Shown: positions 59,337 through 64,000 of the stretch, one piece after another
Numbering within the stretch: position 1 is the stretch's first letter
Layout of the letters: each line of letters starts with the position of its first letter
Assembly: GCF_009914755.1 (NCBI RefSeq)
Contig: NC_060933.1
Source: the human T2T-CHM13v2.0 reference genome, Homo sapiens
Direction: 5' to 3' (one strand)
Length of the DNA stretch: 64,000 nt
The notes under the pieces: model-generated
The model's input: the letters and a program-made list of their open reading frames with translations, nothing else
Told to the model about the DNA's origin: nothing
Database searches by the model: none
Position numbers and translations under genes: made by a program

Positions 59337-60158
59337 TAATACTTTTCTTTACTTTATAGAATGTGGACATGCAGAAAGGACTTGTATAAGTAGCAAAAAG
59401 GTATAGTGACCCCAGTTCCACACTAAAGGAACATATCAAGCACATTTGTCTCAAGCTTCCATGCTTTCTGCTCATGCTGTTCTCTCTGTTTGGGAGTTTC
59501 TTTTCGTCAATTGTTTACCAATCAACTCTCTACTTATTCTGGGCCCAGCTAAAATGCCATTTCCTCTTTATATGTGTTTTTTTTTTTTTTTTTTTCTGGC
59601 CCAAGGTTCTGACTATCCAGGTTTGAACCCCAGCTCTACAATTTACTGTAAAAGTTATTTGGTGTTTATAACCCAGCTTGTTCACCTGTAAAATGGGAAT
59701 TACAAAAGCATCTACTTCGTAGGGTTGTTATGAAATTTAGACGAAATAAAGTATGAAGTGTGCATAGAAGTATTGACTGACATGCAATAAGAATTAGGTA
59801 AGCTGTCATTAATCAGAATTAATTGCTTTTTGATTTTTGTTCTCTGAGTATTTTATGTCCTACATGACAGTTGGACTTGCATTCTAGTTATTTATATGAA
59901 GGCATTTCCTCAGGAATAGAGAGTTCTTTGAGGATAGAAACTCTTTATTCATCATAGTTGTCATCCTGCATCCTGGCACAGTGCCTCCCCATCGAAGTGT
60001 ATGACACATAGCCTTTGTCTTATACTGTAATTGTTGAAAAATGCAGTCAAAATAATGACAAAAATGCTAAAAATTCCATTGACTTGTTGAGACATTTTGT
60101 TTTACAAAGTTCATAAAAGTTGCAAACATGAAAACTCTTTAAAAAGTAATCATCATAA

Positions 60159-60709
<551 letters not shown>

Positions 60710-60822
60710 TGACAGGGTGAGCCAAGGTCAACAAAATGCCCTTTACATGACATCTTCGACTTGCCTTTAACCAAATGTTTTCTCCTTTCACACACACAAC
60801 ATTAATAACCGTAATAATAAAA

Positions 60823-61457
60823 CAGTAAATCCTCACTATTTGCAGATCCTGTATTTGTAAATTTTTCTTCTCTGTAAAATTTACCTATTTGTATCCCACA
60901 AGTCAATACTCGTGGTTCTGTCGTGGTCATTTGTGGACATATGCAGAATGGTAAAAAAGGGAAGGCACCAGATGTGTACAATCCCAACTGAGGTCGAACA
61001 GGGTGATGCCCTGCCTTCTTGGTTCAGCTCTCATTCCATAAACGTGTTCTTTTCACAGTCTATTCAGTGACACGTTTTTCTAACTCTTATGCTTTTTGTT
61101 GGTGATCTTGTTTAAGACATCCCTCAAGCATGGTGGTGAAGTGCTGCCGTGTTCCTCAGAGCAAGAAGGTTGTGATGTGCCTTTCAGAGAAAACACATGT
61201 GTTAGACAAGCTTGATTCAGGCATGAGTTGCAGTGTTGTTGGTCATAAATTCAAAGGTGATAAATCAAAAAATAAGATGTCTTTAAGCAGAAACAGACAT
61301 AAAACAAAGTTTTATATTGATCGATTGGTGAAAATGTGACCAGAGGCTTGCAGGAACCTAACCCTATATTTCCACTAAGATCAATGGTTCAATATTTGCT
61401 AATTCAGAGTTTGCAGCAACTTCATAGAACATTACTGTGAACAAAGAGAACTGACTT
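60823..61457. mobile_element. TcMar-Tigger non-autonomous element (MER82-like), second copy
   Basis: Colinear similarity with 26928-27541. Confidence 0.75.
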
Positions 61458-62323
61458 TACAGCAAGAGACTATTTTTACTGATATAAGAGATAAGTTTGT
61501 TTTGGCAGGGAAGCATGAATTCTTACTACAAAAGAAAAAGGTCTTATTCACTCATCTTTCTAAACATAAACTTTCATTATGTACAGGTAAGTGATGTGGA
61601 AATACACTTATAAGCATGAACAAATTCTAAGGATTGCATTGTGCATTGTGGGGTTGTTGTGAAGATTAAGCAAGTTAATATATGTCAAACAATTAGAGCA
61701 GTAACTGATGCATACGTACTAAATTCTCTGCTGGACGTGGTGAACCTTTCAGTTTATAAACTCATATCAGTTCAGAGAAATTTTCTTGATTTATTTTATT
61801 CTTGACTTATTGTGTTTTCTCTGTTTTCTCTTTTGGAAATCCTTTGTTTGAATGTTGGATTTCTTGTCCTGATCCTAAAACTTTCCTGTCTTTTCTCACC
61901 TTTTCTTTTTTATCTTTACTATCTACTTTCCTCTCTGTTTCTTCAACTCTACCATTGAATTATCTTTTTGTTTTCTGGATCCTTTTGTTTTTATAGGATC
62001 TTTTTTTTTGGTTTCATGACTTCAGTATCTTCTCTTTTCTATCTGAAGATGTTAATGAAAGTTTTAATGATAGCTTTAAAATTTTTTTTCTTCCCCATGC
62101 ATACTCTCTGTTTTCTCCAAGATGCCTTTTGTTTCTGTTCTTTATTTGTTTGTATGGTATCCATCTTCCACGCTAGAGACATTTTCCTCAAGCACCTGCT
62201 AATCAATCCTCTGCTCATGATTAAGAGATGGGGCTCCGAGCCTGTGAGTGAGGCTTACTGCCTTGGAGATTCCCTGGAGGAATCTAGGTGGGTCATTATT
62301 TCAAAGAAGCCCTAGTACCAGTA

Positions 62324-63956
62324 CAGTCATGCATCGCATAATGTCGGGGATATGTTCCGAGAAATGTGTTGTTAGGTGATTTCATGGTTGTGTGAACATC
62401 ATAGAGTGTACTTACACAAACCAGATGGTCTAGCCTACTACACACTGAGGCTAGATGGTAAAATCCATTGCTCCTAGACTATCAACCTGTACAGCATGTT
62501 ACTGTACTGAACAGTGTAGGCAATTATAACACAGTGTTAAGTATTTATGTATCTAAACATATCTAAACATAAAAAAGTACAGTAAAAATACAGAATGAAA
62601 GATAAAAAATGGTACACCTGTATAGGGCACATGCCATGCATGTACCCTGCAAGACTGGAAGTTGCTCTGGGTGAGTCCATGAGTGAGCAGAGAGTCTATG
62701 AATGTGAAGGCCTAGGACATTACTAAATACTACTGTAGACTTTATAAACGCTGTATACTTAGGCTACACTAAATTTATAAAACAATTTCATTTGTCCATT
62801 TTGCATTGCTATAAAGGAATACCTGAGACTGGGTAATTTATAAAGAAAAGAGGTTTATTTGGCTCACAGTTCTGCAGGCTGTGCAAGCATGGCATCATCA
62901 TCTGCTTGGCTTCTGGTGAGGCCTCAGGAAGCTTTTACTCATGGCAGAAGGTGAAGGGGAGGCAGGAATGTCACATGGCAACAGTGGGAGCAAGAGAGAG
63001 GGGAGGAGGTGCCAGGGTCTTTTTAACTACCAGATCTCATGTGAACTCTCCTTACTGCAAGGAGGGCACCAAGCCACTCATGAGGTATCCACCCCCATGA
63101 CCCAAACACCTCTCATCGGACCCCACCTCCAACATTGGGGATCACATTTCAGTATGAGATTTGGGTAGGTCAAACATCAAAAATACATCAGCAATATTGG
63201 CCTTTCTTCAAAAAGAAATTTACCTTAGCTTGTGGCACCTTTTTTACTTTATACCTTTTCTTTTTTTTTTTTTTAACTTTTGGACCCTTTTAGCAACACT
63301 TAGCTTAAAACGCAAACACATTGTATAGCTGTATAAAATATTTTCTTTCTTTATATCCCTATTCTGTAAGCTTTTTATTATTAAACAATTTTTTTTACTT
63401 TTAAAACTTTTTTCTTAAAAACAAAGACACAAACACACACCTTAGCCTAGGCCTACACAGGGTCCGGATCATCAATATCACTGTCTTCCACCTCCACATC
63501 TTGAGCTTCTGATAGGCCTTCAGGGGCAGTAACATGCATGGAGTTGTCATCTCCTGTGATAACAATGCCTTCTTCTGGATACCTCCTGTAGGACCTGCCT
63601 GAGGCTGTTTTACAGTTCACATTTTTTTAAATAAGTAGAAGAAATATGCTCTAAAACTGTGATAAAAAGCGTAGTATAGTAAGTGCATAAACCAGTAACA
63701 GTTGTTTATTATTGTTATCAAGTATCATTATATACTGTACATAATTGTATATGTTCCACTTTTATATAGCTGCCAGCACAGTAGTCTTGTTGACACTAGC
63801 ATCACCACAAATATGTAAGTAATGCATTGTGCTATGATATTACAAAGGCAACAATGTCAATAGAAATTTTTCAGTTCCATTATAATCGTATGGAGTCTTC
63901 ATAGTACATACTGTACAGCCTGTTGTTGACTGAAAGAGCATTATTTGGCATGACTC
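62324..63956 (+). mobile_element. Tigger3 (Golem)-like DNA transposon interrupted by a MaLR LTR
   Basis: TA|CAGTCATGCATCGC...GCATGACTC|TA termini; catcatagagtgtacttacacaaacc core. Confidence 0.85.
62787..63190 (-). mobile_element. MST-type MaLR LTR inserted in Tigger3
   Basis: gctataaaggaatacctgagactgggtaatttataaagaaaagaggtttatttggctcacag core; flanks (A/G)CAAT. Confidence 0.85.
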
Positions 63957-64000
63957 TATTTTAGCCTCTCCTTTTGGGCTGGTCATATTTCCAGATAAGC

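Overview
Human (hominoid) genomic DNA, recognised from the encoded peptide as the 5' part of CFAP95 (C9orf135, 9q21), a ciliary/flagellar microtubule-associated gene also reported in pluripotent stem cells. Four coding exons on + (23508-23659, 47172-47280, 59211-59329, 60565-60633) splice in frame to [11 protein letters not shown]...RHPPDWSKM; the gene continues past the window. The CpG-rich promoter has a ZNF143-type motif, GC boxes and RFX-like X-boxes, consistent with a bidirectional promoter. The rest is mostly transposon-derived: a 5'-truncated old-type SVA, a decayed class I ERV provirus nested in an older LTR, an antisense solo LTR7 in intron 1, a 2.8 kb L1PA abutting an Alu, MaLR LTRs, Tigger/MER DNA transposons, many Alus, a U2 snRNA retro-fragment and microsatellites. 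Most ORFs in the supplied track are spurious. I found no new protein-coding system. The best leads are: LTR7 plus RFX dual control of CFAP95; an HERV-K Np9 frame kept in the SVA; a short L1 3' transduction; an unidentified possible retrocopy; and alternative processing at exon 4 and a candidate poison exon. Repeat family names come from remembered consensus sequences and need RepeatMasker/Dfam confirmation.
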